Positions 52,416 to 61,922 of a stretch of 64,000 nucleotides of DNA are shown in pieces. The stretch comes from a virus. Its lineage: Duplodnaviria > Caudoviricetes. The notes under the pieces are model-generated. The model did not search any database. It was not told the DNA's origin and worked only from the letters and a program-made list of their open reading frames with translations. The stretch lies in IMG/VR virus record IMGVR_UViG_3300010282_000004, positions 64,001-128,000 of that record; one strand, given 5' to 3'. The stretch's first letter is position 1. Every line of letters starts with the position of its first letter. The translations under genes and the position numbers were made by a program.

Positions 52416-53009
52416 TTAATATGTACAGTTACTAAGTAAAATACGATTGTTAAATGTTTTCATTCCATTCATACAAGTACGGAATCTCTTTTCTGTCATG
52501 TTTAAAATCTTTTTGATTGCATCAAAGTCATATCCTTGGATGATTAAGTCTACAATTGCAATCTGTTTCTTTGAAAGTCCTGAAAGAAACCTATCAAAGT
52601 TTGTGTTACCACTCAGTTCTTCAATTTCTTCTGTCACATCAAAATCTGATTCAAGAACTTCTGCATATGTTCTTTCAGATCCGTCAGCAACCGGGGCATC
52701 AATGCTTGTGATCAACTGAGAAGGAATTCTTTTCTGTCTGTTTCTTTCCGTAATATATGTTTTAAACTTCTTGCTAAGACAACCATAAAGGAAGTTTTCA
52801 AACTTGATCAGGTTATCTAAGGAATACTCTTCGTCATAATCTCTTGCAGCTTTCCATAATGTTTCATTTGCTATGGAATAGAAATCATCATAGTCTGCAT
52901 TGCTTACTCCACCATACTTTGCTATCAGTGGATAACTGATTCTTTTCAATCGAGCCATGTTGTTTTCACTATACTTGTTACAGATTTCTTTAACTTTTGC
53001 TTCGTTCAT
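52416..53009 (-). CDS. Phage-encoded sigma-70 family (SigH-like) factor
   Basis: Region 2 DDFYSIANETLWKAARDYD...F..F...C...RNRQKR; SIDAP; region 4 HTH (LSKKQ...GY...I...L). Confidence 0.75.
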   Translation of the reverse strand: MNEAKVKEICNKYSENNMARLKRISYPLIAKYGGVSNADYDDFYSIANETLWKAARDYDEEYSLDNLIKFENFLYGCLSKKFKTYITERNRQKRIPSQLITSIDAPVADGSERTYAEVLESDFDVTEEIEELSGNTNFDRFLSGLSKKQIAIVDLIIQGYDFDAIKKILNMTEKRFRTCMNGMKTFNNRILLSNCTY

Positions 53010-53186
53010 TTTTAAACCCTCACCTTCATTAATAGTTGAATTTTGGCAACAAAGAACCAGACCATCTAAAAGTTATACTTTTAACAGTTTATTCTCCGTT
53101 TCTTATTAAGTTGTGTTTGGAAATTACTTCTGATCCTTTCTTGATATTTAAGAACTTAGAATTTAAGATATGTGAACAACAGTTCG

Positions 53187-53377
53187 TGTTGAAATTTTTC
53201 AGTAAAAAGTTTATAATGTACTTACAAAGACTATAGAAACTTTTCAGTAGACAAATTTCAAAATGCGTTTATTCTCTATATCTTATTTTATTGTGCCGAA
53301 TCTTTTCTGCAACTCTATATCCTATTATACAGAAAGATTTCTGCATGTCAATACTTTTTTGTAGAATATTTTCTACA
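53187..53377. promoter_or_regulatory. Immunity switch: five 18-bp operator-like repeats and two face-to-face sigmaA promoters
   Basis: Repeats at 53187, 53232, 53294, 53328 and 53360 (best TGTAGAA-N4-TTCTACA); rightward TTGAAA-17-TATAAT (53189-53217); leftward TTGACA-16-TATAAT (53351-53324). Confidence 0.7.
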
Positions 53378-53392
53378 GAGAGGAGTGATTAT

Positions 53393-53743
53393 ATGTCGAC
53401 CCTATATGAAAAGGTAGAAACGTTAAGAAGAGAAAAAGGAATCTCTCAAAGAATATTAGAATCAGAACTTGGTTTCTCTAATGGTTCTATTTCTAAATGG
53501 AAAAAAAGCACGCCAACCATTGATCGAATTCAAAAGTTGGCGAACTACTTTAATGTTCCTGTTGAATATTTAACTGATACCGGGTTAACTAAGATTGTTA
53601 ATGCTTATAATACTCACATTATAAAAGAACAAGAAGAAGCTGATGCAAGAGTCAAGGAGTTATTTGATCTATATGAGAAAGCAACTCCTGAAACTCAAGA
53701 AACAATAATTGCTTTCTTAAAAGCTTCTCTACGCAAGTCTTAG
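53393..53743 (+). CDS. Xre/CI-like HTH repressor
   Basis: LRREKGISQRILESELGFSNGSISKW...PT...KLANYFNVPVEYL; AGGAG RBS. Confidence 0.9.
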   Translation: MSTLYEKVETLRREKGISQRILESELGFSNGSISKWKKSTPTIDRIQKLANYFNVPVEYLTDTGLTKIVNAYNTHIIKEQEEADARVKELFDLYEKATPETQETIIAFLKASLRKS

Positions 53744-53804
53744 ATTCTTCATCTGCATTATTAAATAAGTAAATAAATTGTAATAATTTTAAATCCCTAT
53801 CCAT
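53652..53804 (-). CDS. 50-aa peptide convergent with the repressor and resembling its C-terminal domain
   Basis: GGGGG RBS; FIYLFNNADEESKTCVEKLLR aligns with repressor LFDLYEKATPETQETIIAFLK. Confidence 0.45.
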   Translation of the reverse strand: MDRDLKLLQFIYLFNNADEESKTCVEKLLRKQLLFLEFQELLSHIDQITP

Positions 53805-53938
53805 AAGCAATACCCCCATATATTTCTTATGAGATAATAATACCACTTTTTGAGTACTATATAAAGTTCTTTATACGAAAAGACCGTTCGACTTTTGTTC
53901 CATTTCTGTTCCACACAAGAAACAATTGGAGGATTTTA

Positions 53939-54529
53939 ATGACTACTACAAGAGATATTATCATTAAACTAAAAGAAGTCAGAGAAGAAAAGAACTTATC
54001 TTTCAACGACATCATTTCTCTTATGGAAAAAAATAACGATTATATAGCAAAATCAACATTATCCAGGGTATTTGCAGAGGGATCTGAAGAGCATACAAAT
54101 TTTAAATATGAAGAAACAATTCGACCAATTGCAAAAGCTCTCTTAGATATTGAGAATATTGAAGATGATGATACAATGGACATCAAGGCAATGAAATCCC
54201 TTCTTAAATATAAGATGGAAAAGATAAATGAACTTGAGATCCAAGTGTCAAGATTAGAATCTCAGTTGGATAAAGAACAGATTAAGCACCACCAAAAGTT
54301 GGAAAAAGAAAGAGAACAACATAGAAACAGTATAGAGTTCCTTAAGCACCAGATCGAACTTGAGGACAAAAGAATGGATTGGCTTCTTGAATCTGTGTTT
54401 AAAAAGGATGAGCAGCATGGAATATTGCTCGAACAATTTATCTCTAACCGGGAAATGCTACAAAGAATAATAGATGATTTGCCTTGTGGAAGTTGCGACA
54501 ATAAGGGCTGCCAAGGATTGGAAATATAG
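53939..54529 (+). CDS. HTH plus coiled-coil regulator
   Basis: LKEVREEKNLS...KSTLSRVF; long coiled coil. Confidence 0.7.
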   Translation: MTTTRDIIIKLKEVREEKNLSFNDIISLMEKNNDYIAKSTLSRVFAEGSEEHTNFKYEETIRPIAKALLDIENIEDDDTMDIKAMKSLLKYKMEKINELEIQVSRLESQLDKEQIKHHQKLEKEREQHRNSIEFLKHQIELEDKRMDWLLESVFKKDEQHGILLEQFISNREMLQRIIDDLPCGSCDNKGCQGLEI

Positions 54530-54602
54530 AAAATATAAGAATCGCAAAAAGGCCCTAAGACGAATTTTAAAATATTAAAATACGGAATTTAAAAATGGGC
54601 AT

Positions 54603-54643
54603 AAAAAAAATGCGGTTAGCCACAATTAAGTGACCAACCGCAT
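54603..54643. terminator. Terminator between convergent genes
   Basis: ATGCGGTT / AACCGCAT hairpin with A8 tract. Confidence 0.65.
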
Positions 54644-54700
54644 CTGTAAAATATCATATTATAATAGGAAGAAACTCTATTTTGCAATTCCGTTTATAAA

Positions 54701-55711
54701 TTAATCCTTGATTCCATGCATCTGTTTTGCAAGCATTTCAGTTGCATTCATTCTATCATTGTTATCTACCATCGCATACTTTCTTGTTGTTGCCGGAGAT
54801 TTGTGTCCAAGTGTTTCTGCTACAATATAAATATCTCTTGTCGCCCGGTACATATTTGTAGCACATGTACTTCTAAGTTTGTGAGGTGTAATGTGTTTAT
54901 TGATTCCATTTGTATATTTATTTACAATATATTGAATGGATCTTACATCCATTTTTTCTTTTCTATTTGATATAAATAAATATCCACAATCATTACTACC
55001 TTTTAAAAGTTCCTTTCTATGCCTAATCCATGTATGTAATAGTTCTATTGTCTCATCATCAAGATATAATTTCTTTTCTCTTGCCTTATCAATTACATAT
55101 ATACATTTCTTATCGAAGTCTATATCTTCCATTGATATTTGACTTAATGCAGTAACACGAACGCCTGTCATAATTGGAATTTGGAATAACAATAAATCTC
55201 TATACATCCATGGTTTTTGTCTTGCCCTTGCCCTACTGCTCCCTGTTCCAGATAAAATATTATTTTTTACAATACTATATTCCTCTGGCTCAAGAAAAGT
55301 AATTTCATTATCTCCAACATTTGGCCTTTTAATTCTCTTGCCATCAAATGGATTGTCAGTTATAATATTATTATATTTAAGAAATGTTGTAAATGCATTT
55401 ATGTAGCAATATAGATTTGCTTTTGCATCATCACGTAACTCTTTATTGTCATCAAAATATTGTATCTCAGACATAAACTGTTGAATTACTCTTGGACTAA
55501 TTTTGTTTAGTTTTTCATTGTTAACACTATTAATATTTCCATTTGAATACCAATTAAGAAATCTTATTGCACTATCAATATAAATCTTTTTTGTCTTATA
55601 TGTTTTTTCATTTAAGTAATAATAGTAATCCATAAGAAATTCCGGCATGCCACTTATTTTTTCTCTTATTTTTTTCTCTTCCCTAATCTTATCTTCAATA
55701 CGTCCTCTCAT
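54701..55711 (-). CDS. Tyrosine recombinase (XerC/D-like)
   Basis: TGVRV, HKLRST, LGH, TTRKY: catalytic residues intact. Confidence 0.92.
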   Translation of the reverse strand: MRGRIEDKIREEKKIREKISGMPEFLMDYYYYLNEKTYKTKKIYIDSAIRFLNWYSNGNINSVNNEKLNKISPRVIQQFMSEIQYFDDNKELRDDAKANLYCYINAFTTFLKYNNIITDNPFDGKRIKRPNVGDNEITFLEPEEYSIVKNNILSGTGSSRARARQKPWMYRDLLLFQIPIMTGVRVTALSQISMEDIDFDKKCIYVIDKAREKKLYLDDETIELLHTWIRHRKELLKGSNDCGYLFISNRKEKMDVRSIQYIVNKYTNGINKHITPHKLRSTCATNMYRATRDIYIVAETLGHKSPATTRKYAMVDNNDRMNATEMLAKQMHGIKD

Positions 55712-55834
55712 AATTTAAATCCTCCTTATAATATTATTCTTTAAAAATTATCTTTATATAAATAAAAAGACCAATCAATTGTACCGACCCCCAAAAGTTA
55801 GACCAAAATCTAACGATTGGAGGTCGGTATTTTT

Positions 55835-56413
55835 ATGTCTAAACATTCCTATGAATTTAAGAAACAAGTAGTCATGGAGTATCTTAATGGTAACGGTGGA
55901 ACCCATTATCTTTCTAGCAAGTATGACCTTGGCTCAAATTCTCAACTTAGAAAGTGGATTGCAGCTTATAAAAAATACGGAGACGAAGGACTAAAACGGT
56001 CTCGAAAAAAAGAAACTTACTCTTTTGAAAAGAAACTTTATGTAGTAGAGTTATATCTATCAAGCGAGATTTCATATCAAGATTTGGCAATACAAGAAGG
56101 CATAACCAATCCAAGCATGATTGCGATCTGGGTTAATCGTTATAGAATTGCTGGTCCTGATGCTTTGAGACCTCGTAAGAAAGGTCGAAAGAAAACTTTG
56201 GATAAACATAAGATAGAAAATCATAAAAAAGATACTGAAGAAATAACTGTTGATACAAGTGCTGAACATGTAAAAGAATTAGAAGACGAGCTTCTTAAAC
56301 TAAGAATCGAGAATGCATTTTTAAAAGAACTGAGGAGACTGCGTTTAGAGGACGAGGCAAAAACGAGAGAACGGCGCTCATCATCAGCAGCCTCCGAAGA
56401 GAGTTCAAATTAA
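55835..56413 (+). CDS. IS3 OrfA (tandem HTH)
   Basis: YSFEKKL..V...; LRIENAFLKEL. Confidence 0.9.
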   Translation: MSKHSYEFKKQVVMEYLNGNGGTHYLSSKYDLGSNSQLRKWIAAYKKYGDEGLKRSRKKETYSFEKKLYVVELYLSSEISYQDLAIQEGITNPSMIAIWVNRYRIAGPDALRPRKKGRKKTLDKHKIENHKKDTEEITVDTSAEHVKELEDELLKLRIENAFLKELRRLRLEDEAKTRERRSSSAASEESSN

Positions 56414-56436
56414 AAGACCTTCTCTCTTATACAGGC

Positions 56437-57255
56437 ATGCCTAAAGCTACATACATGTATTGGCAAAAACGGTTTGATAGAGAAAATCCTGACAAAGAAA
56501 TTGAAGAAAAGATTCTTGAAATACGTACGATTAATAAGGATTATGGTTATCGTCGTGTATTAGGCGAATTAAAAAATCAGGGATATGCTGTAAACAAGAA
56601 AAAAGTACAGCGCATAATGCAGAAACTTGGGTTGCAAGTCACTTCATTTACACGTAAGAGCCGTAAATATAGTTCATACAAGGGCAAGATTGGAACAGTC
56701 GCACCTAATCGTATAAGAAGACGCTTTAATACACATATTCCTCATCAGAAGATCACTACAGATACTACAGAGTTTAAGTATTACGAAATTGATGCTAAAG
56801 GTCATATGATAATGCATAAGCTTTATTTAGATCCATATATGGATATGTGTAATGGAGAGATCATCAGCTATGGAATAGCAAAACAACCATCTGCTAAAAA
56901 TGTAATGGATGCTTTGGAACAGGCAATAGTCGTAACATCTGATTGTCCATATCGCAGAACTTTTCATTCTGACCAAGGTTGGGCTTATCAAATGAAAGCT
57001 TATTCTCATCGCCTTAAGGAAGAACGAATCTTCCAGAGTATGTCTAGGAAAGGGAACTGCCACGATAATTCAGTCATGGAAAACTTTTTTGGCTTGCTCA
57101 AACAGGAAATCTATTATGGAGTTGTTTATTATAGCTACGAAGAATTGAAATCTGAAATCGAACGATATATAAAGTATTACAATGAACAAAGAATTAAAGA
57201 GAAACTAGGATGGCTGAGTCCTGTTCAATACAGGCTTCGCCTCTTGGCTGCATAA
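56437..57255 (+). CDS. IS3 OrfB DDE transposase (frame open upstream to at least 56341; probably expressed by -1 frameshift)
   Basis: TTDTTE, HSDQG, DNSVMENFFG.LKQE; candidate slippery T TTA AAA near 56320. Confidence 0.9.
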   Translation: MPKATYMYWQKRFDRENPDKEIEEKILEIRTINKDYGYRRVLGELKNQGYAVNKKKVQRIMQKLGLQVTSFTRKSRKYSSYKGKIGTVAPNRIRRRFNTHIPHQKITTDTTEFKYYEIDAKGHMIMHKLYLDPYMDMCNGEIISYGIAKQPSAKNVMDALEQAIVVTSDCPYRRTFHSDQGWAYQMKAYSHRLKEERIFQSMSRKGNCHDNSVMENFFGLLKQEIYYGVVYYSYEELKSEIERYIKYYNEQRIKEKLGWLSPVQYRLRLLAA

Positions 57256-57332
57256 AAAAAGCGTAGCAGCCATAAAACTGCTACGCTTAAAAAGTCTAAC
57301 TTTTGGGGGTCACATCAAATTGATTAGTCTTT

Positions 57333-57995
57333 TTATAATTTGTATTTAAGTTTATATTTATTTTTATATTTATTGTTTGTTAAAAAAGAATAAATATAAT
57401 TCTGTTGTTGCTCCAGCAATTCTCTACTAACAGTTATACCATACATATCACAATGATCTAATGCCCACTGTGTAGCTAAATATTCCTGTTCAACTCTCCA
57501 CATATATGATAAGTTTGTTTCTATATGACCTATCTCATGTAAAATTGAGAACAAATCAATATTATTAGGATTTTCTATACATTTTAATTTCAAATAAACT
57601 TTTTTATTAGTTATTTCTGCATATGCATAATAATTTTCATTTGATTTTGCTATTATGTCATCTAACTCATCATTCATTTTTTCTATTGTATTATCAACAA
57701 CATTGAGTGTTATATGTTTATAGTCTGACAGTATTTTTCTTAATATTATATTGTTTATTTCTCCATTATATTTCTGTGGTACCACATACAGTTTATGAGC
57801 AATTTTATCCATTGACTCAACCACAAATTTAATTGCATCCTTATCTATATTTCCATTATCATTTACTAAATATTTTTTCATACCATCATACTTATCTTTT
57901 TGTAACAATTGAGATAATATAATTGTTTTATTGTCAATATTATTACCTGCCATATAAAGCATAACATTTAAATAAAATTCAAATTCTTTACTCAT
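57333..57995 (-). CDS. HEXXH zinc metallopeptidase-like protein (ImmA/IrrE-like)
   Basis: LHEIGH...EQEYLA..WA. Confidence 0.6.
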   Translation of the reverse strand: MSKEFEFYLNVMLYMAGNNIDNKTIILSQLLQKDKYDGMKKYLVNDNGNIDKDAIKFVVESMDKIAHKLYVVPQKYNGEINNIILRKILSDYKHITLNVVDNTIEKMNDELDDIIAKSNENYYAYAEITNKKVYLKLKCIENPNNIDLFSILHEIGHIETNLSYMWRVEQEYLATQWALDHCDMYGITVSRELLEQQQNYIYSFLTNNKYKNKYKLKYKL

Positions 57996-58015
57996 TATTA
58001 TAATTTCCTTTCTTT

Positions 58016-59368
58016 TTAAATATTAATCTGTTGAATACCAAAGAACTTTAAAAGTTCTGGATAATCATCTTTAACGTCTTCTATATTTTCTATTTTAAAT
58101 TTTATATTAGCAATATCTTTTATGTTTATTAAATCTCTTCTGTCACTTTCGTTTTCCATATATTTTCTATCTAAAATTAAATTTCCCCATTTTTTGCAAA
58201 TTTTATTTTTAATCTTAAGCATTATTTCTTTTTCATCACGCTCCCTCTCTTCGTACATTTCACGTTTTTTCTCTGCAACTATATATTTATATGGCGTCTC
58301 TTTCTCTTTGATTATATTCATTATTATTTGTTCTTCAGTAGTCCCATATCCATATTTTTTCATTCTATTTTTAAATGCACACTCTGACAATTTTTCATAA
58401 TCTTTTTTATAGTAATATAAATGAATTTCTTTTTTACCTTCATAAACTTTCATTATGCATCTATCTAAGAAATTTTCTATCTTTTTATATACAGTGTCGT
58501 ATGAATTAAAATCGCTAATTTTCATATAATGTAATGCTTTGAGTTCACATCTATCACCACGGACAAAATAATCCATTAACCCACCACCAACAATTAAATA
58601 ATACTTTCTTCCAGTATCAACTTCCGTATAGTAATATAATGGATCGTTAAAATTATATTTGCAGTATTCGTTCTCATGTAATTTTACCTTGCTTAAATAT
58701 CTGTTTAAACTTTCTTCGTCATATCTATAATTTCTATTAGCCAAATCGCATATTTCACCTTTATCATGCTTTTGATTTATTTCATCATAGAATCTATTGT
58801 TCCAATATTCTTCTTCATCAAACTTGCCTGTGTCATTTACCATCCAATTTCTATACTCGTAGTCCATGAATATAATAATGTTGCCATCTTCATATAATTT
58901 TCCTTTTACATACTTATACCCATTGTAAACTCTACTTCTGAATGTTACAATTTTATACTTCTTTCCAGTACTTATATCAAAATATTCGTATCCATTTTTG
59001 TTATAACTATAACCAAATAATTTATCTTTAGTTTTTACATTATATGCCTCAATTTTATTTAATAACTTTTCTCTTTCCTGCTGGCTAAGGATTTTGTCAA
59101 CTTCTTCTTGTAAGCTTCCATTATAATAATCAATAATAACTTTTCCATATGTTCCATCTGGTTCTTCTGATACTAAACAATCATGCCCATCTACATTCTT
59201 ATGACCAACAAACATATTATCATATTTTAATCTTCCATATGCATCACGATACACATGAGATCCGTTTGATAATGCCTTATTTCTATTTTCGTTTGTCTTT
59301 TTACTGTCTTTAACTTTTTGTTTCACAGATAAAGCTCCGCCAGTTAAGAAGTACAAAATATCTAACAT
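58016..59368 (-). CDS. Hypothetical K/Y/N-rich protein
   Basis: 450-aa ORF; internal repeat YFDISTGKKY / YTEVDTGRKY. Confidence 0.6.
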   Translation of the reverse strand: MLDILYFLTGGALSVKQKVKDSKKTNENRNKALSNGSHVYRDAYGRLKYDNMFVGHKNVDGHDCLVSEEPDGTYGKVIIDYYNGSLQEEVDKILSQQEREKLLNKIEAYNVKTKDKLFGYSYNKNGYEYFDISTGKKYKIVTFRSRVYNGYKYVKGKLYEDGNIIIFMDYEYRNWMVNDTGKFDEEEYWNNRFYDEINQKHDKGEICDLANRNYRYDEESLNRYLSKVKLHENEYCKYNFNDPLYYYTEVDTGRKYYLIVGGGLMDYFVRGDRCELKALHYMKISDFNSYDTVYKKIENFLDRCIMKVYEGKKEIHLYYYKKDYEKLSECAFKNRMKKYGYGTTEEQIIMNIIKEKETPYKYIVAEKKREMYEERERDEKEIMLKIKNKICKKWGNLILDRKYMENESDRRDLINIKDIANIKFKIENIEDVKDDYPELLKFFGIQQINI

Positions 59369-59386
59369 ACTATTATCTCCTTTCTA

Positions 59387-60289
59387 TTATTTAATTATAC
59401 CACGTTTTTTAAATTCACAGATAGCAAAATCAATAATGCAGGTATACTCACCTTTTGTTACATCTCTATCAATTCCGTTTTTATCATAATTTGTATAAGT
59501 CCCACTATATAATATGTATACAAAACCGTCTTCACATAATTTTACATCAACATATTCATTACTATCAAGTCTAATAGACATATACCATTCTTCTGTTTCA
59601 GCTTCTTCATTCCATATGCTTGCAACTCTCATATTTATCTCTCCTTCCATTCAACGATCTTAATCGCATCAACCTTGCAGTTCTTCATTACACTTAATTT
59701 AAATCTTGCATTCCGTAAGTCGTTTGCTATAACAACATCATTATGAAGTTTTCCTTTATACTTATACGCCAATTCATATTGTGCTAAACTATTCTGTTTT
59801 AAATTAATACTACTACAATTCATATTATTTCTCCCTTCAATTAATTAAAAATCTCCGTCATCAATAACTAACATACCCAAATCATGCGCGTTTCCATATT
59901 CATCATGCCTTTCACCATTATGATAATAAGCTAATGGAAAGTAACCATCTGGACAACCAATAAGTATAGGGGTGTCTAATGAAATATTCTGCTCTATACA
60001 AAAATTAATTAAATCATTCATTGTTATTGGAACATTTCCTTCTTCCAATCCACAAATAATATCACCTTTCTCTTTCATAGCATTAATCAAATTGATATTT
60101 AATTCATCAATTGTACTCATATCTAATCTCTCCCTTCTAATTCATTTCTAACTCTCTGTTTAAATCTTTCAACTAAATCAATGTATCCTTGGTTTGTAAC
60201 CTGAATATTTTTTAAATCTTCCGGCTTAACTAATACACCATTTACATAACAATTAAATACTAATGGTTTTATTTCCTTTGTTCTTCGCA
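59387..60289 (-). other. Four small hypothetical ORFs
   Basis: Coupled minus-strand ORFs with GGAG RBSs. Confidence 0.55.
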
Positions 60290-60354
60290 TAATATGCTCC
60301 TTTCCTAATAAGAAACGATGAAGCCACAATTGTGACCTCATCGTTGTATGTTTG

Positions 60355-60984
60355 TTATTTAAGTTTCTCTCTAATATGTTTTTCTCCATTATTCTTGTAG
60401 CATCTAAGACATGATGCACAACTTCTACCGCCACAGTTTATTTCAATATTGTTTTCAGAAATTGTTTTCTTGTCATATACTGTGAACACCTTATCTATGT
60501 ATGGCATATTACTTATATCAACTTCCTTATTAAGGAACAGACTTGATACAAGTATCTGTAAGTTCTTTGGCTTTTTATCTGCAATCTTTGCAACAATGTG
60601 AGGGTTCTTAGTCCAAAGTGCAAACTTTGTTCCCTTGTTTTTCTTACAAATATTGAAATAGTTTTCAAGCTGGATCTCATTGTGCAAATCTCCAAAGGCC
60701 TCAAATCTAAAATATTTACTGTTAATAACAGGAAGCTCATCCTTTTTAAGAATTCTGCTTGTTAAGATTTCTGCATTCCGTTCATAGCAAGGACTCATCT
60801 GTTTGTACATCTGCATCATTCTTTGTGCATAACATTTTTGACAAACACTTCCAGGGATCTTTGAATATCTCTCGCAGTTAGCATTGGTCTTGCAGCTAGT
60901 ACTAATGCTGCACATTCCTTTCATTTTTCCAGTATGGTTAGTTGTGATGTGAAGTTCGTTGTTCATAATTTCATTTGCTTTCAT
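60355..60984 (-). CDS. Gp88-like Cys-rich phage protein (degenerate radical SAM-like)
   Basis: TGKM...S....C...C......VC.KCYA, YFRFEAFGD, FALWTK, C-terminal C..C..CY. Confidence 0.65.
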   Translation of the reverse strand: MKANEIMNNELHITTNHTGKMKGMCSISTSCKTNANCERYSKIPGSVCQKCYAQRMMQMYKQMSPCYERNAEILTSRILKKDELPVINSKYFRFEAFGDLHNEIQLENYFNICKKNKGTKFALWTKNPHIVAKIADKKPKNLQILVSSLFLNKEVDISNMPYIDKVFTVYDKKTISENNIEINCGGRSCASCLRCYKNNGEKHIREKLK

Positions 60985-61056
60985 AATTTTGATCTCCTTT
61001 GTTCTTTAAAATTTGTTTATTTGTTGTTCAATATTCAGTTGTATGCATTAAAAAAC

Positions 61057-61506
61057 TCACACTGCTTCTTGTGTGAGTTCTCTAACTTCATCTTCAGTTA
61101 AAATTCTGATTGGTTTTAACCATTCAGATAAATACCAGATGCCTTGTGGTCTTTCATACTCAACAACATTCATTGCCTCGCATTCCATCCACACTCTTCT
61201 TTCACCACTCTTTAGCTGATCTGCTATCCAACTTGCTTCCGGCAACGGACATGAATGCCAACCACCAATTGGATTCTCGCTATCAGTTCCATTAATGCTT
61301 CTAGGTGCAAATCCCTTTGTAGGATGATATTCAGATTGCATCCATTCACCAAACTCAAATGGTTTCTTGTTATCAATAAACAGTGGATAATACTTACCAT
61401 CATTAAGTACTCTAACTTTCTTATAAACGATCTTTGTTCCTTTCATATTCATTACCTCACTTTCATTTGCATTGTTTGTTGCTACATTTGTTCTTACTTC
61501 ACTCAT
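61057..61506 (-). CDS. Hypothetical phage protein
   Basis: GKYYPLFI...PTKGFAPR...GWH motif. Confidence 0.6.
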   Translation of the reverse strand: MSEVRTNVATNNANESEVMNMKGTKIVYKKVRVLNDGKYYPLFIDNKKPFEFGEWMQSEYHPTKGFAPRSINGTDSENPIGGWHSCPLPEASWIADQLKSGERRVWMECEAMNVVEYERPQGIWYLSEWLKPIRILTEDEVRELTQEAV

Positions 61507-61580
61507 TGTTTTAATCTCCCTTTTGTTTAATAAAAAAGGAAGTCCATGTTTCAGGACTTCCTTGATAACGTGTTCTATAT

Positions 61581-61856
61581 TTAGTTTTCAATTTGTTTAA
61601 TATCATTGTATGGAACTGCATAATACTCTATTGAATAATCATTAAACATATTAAATCCACAAAATCCATTTGAATCAATTACTTCAAGATCATATACATC
61701 TTTTGTGCCAAAGCTAAAATTGTCTGCATCTTCATTTCTGTCTTCTTCTATAATTTCAATAATATAATTTTGTGCTTCTTCTCTTGTACCAAATATTTTT
61801 CTTATAAAGAATTCTCCATCACTTCCAAATGCAGTAATAATATAAGTTTTTTTCAT
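61581..61856 (-). CDS. Hypothetical protein
   Basis: RBS; own terminator at 61532-61563. Confidence 0.55.
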   Translation of the reverse strand: MKKTYIITAFGSDGEFFIRKIFGTREEAQNYIIEIIEEDRNEDADNFSFGTKDVYDLEVIDSNGFCGFNMFNDYSIEYYAVPYNDIKQIEN

Positions 61857-61922
61857 AATTTAATCTCCTTTCTTATTTAAAAAGGAGTGGCATACATTTT
61901 AGTACACCACTCAAAATATTAA

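Larger units (their letters stand above)
55780..57317 (+). mobile_element. IS3-family (IS150-like) insertion sequence
   Basis: TG...CA ends, terminal IR core GACCCCCAAAAGTTAGAC, 3-bp AAT target duplication, orfA/orfB in -1 overlap. Confidence 0.93.

Noticed and set aside
52416-55711. Arbitrium (AimR/AimP) system as in SPbeta
   Set aside because: No TPR-type receptor or signal-peptide pro-peptide is recognisable in this window
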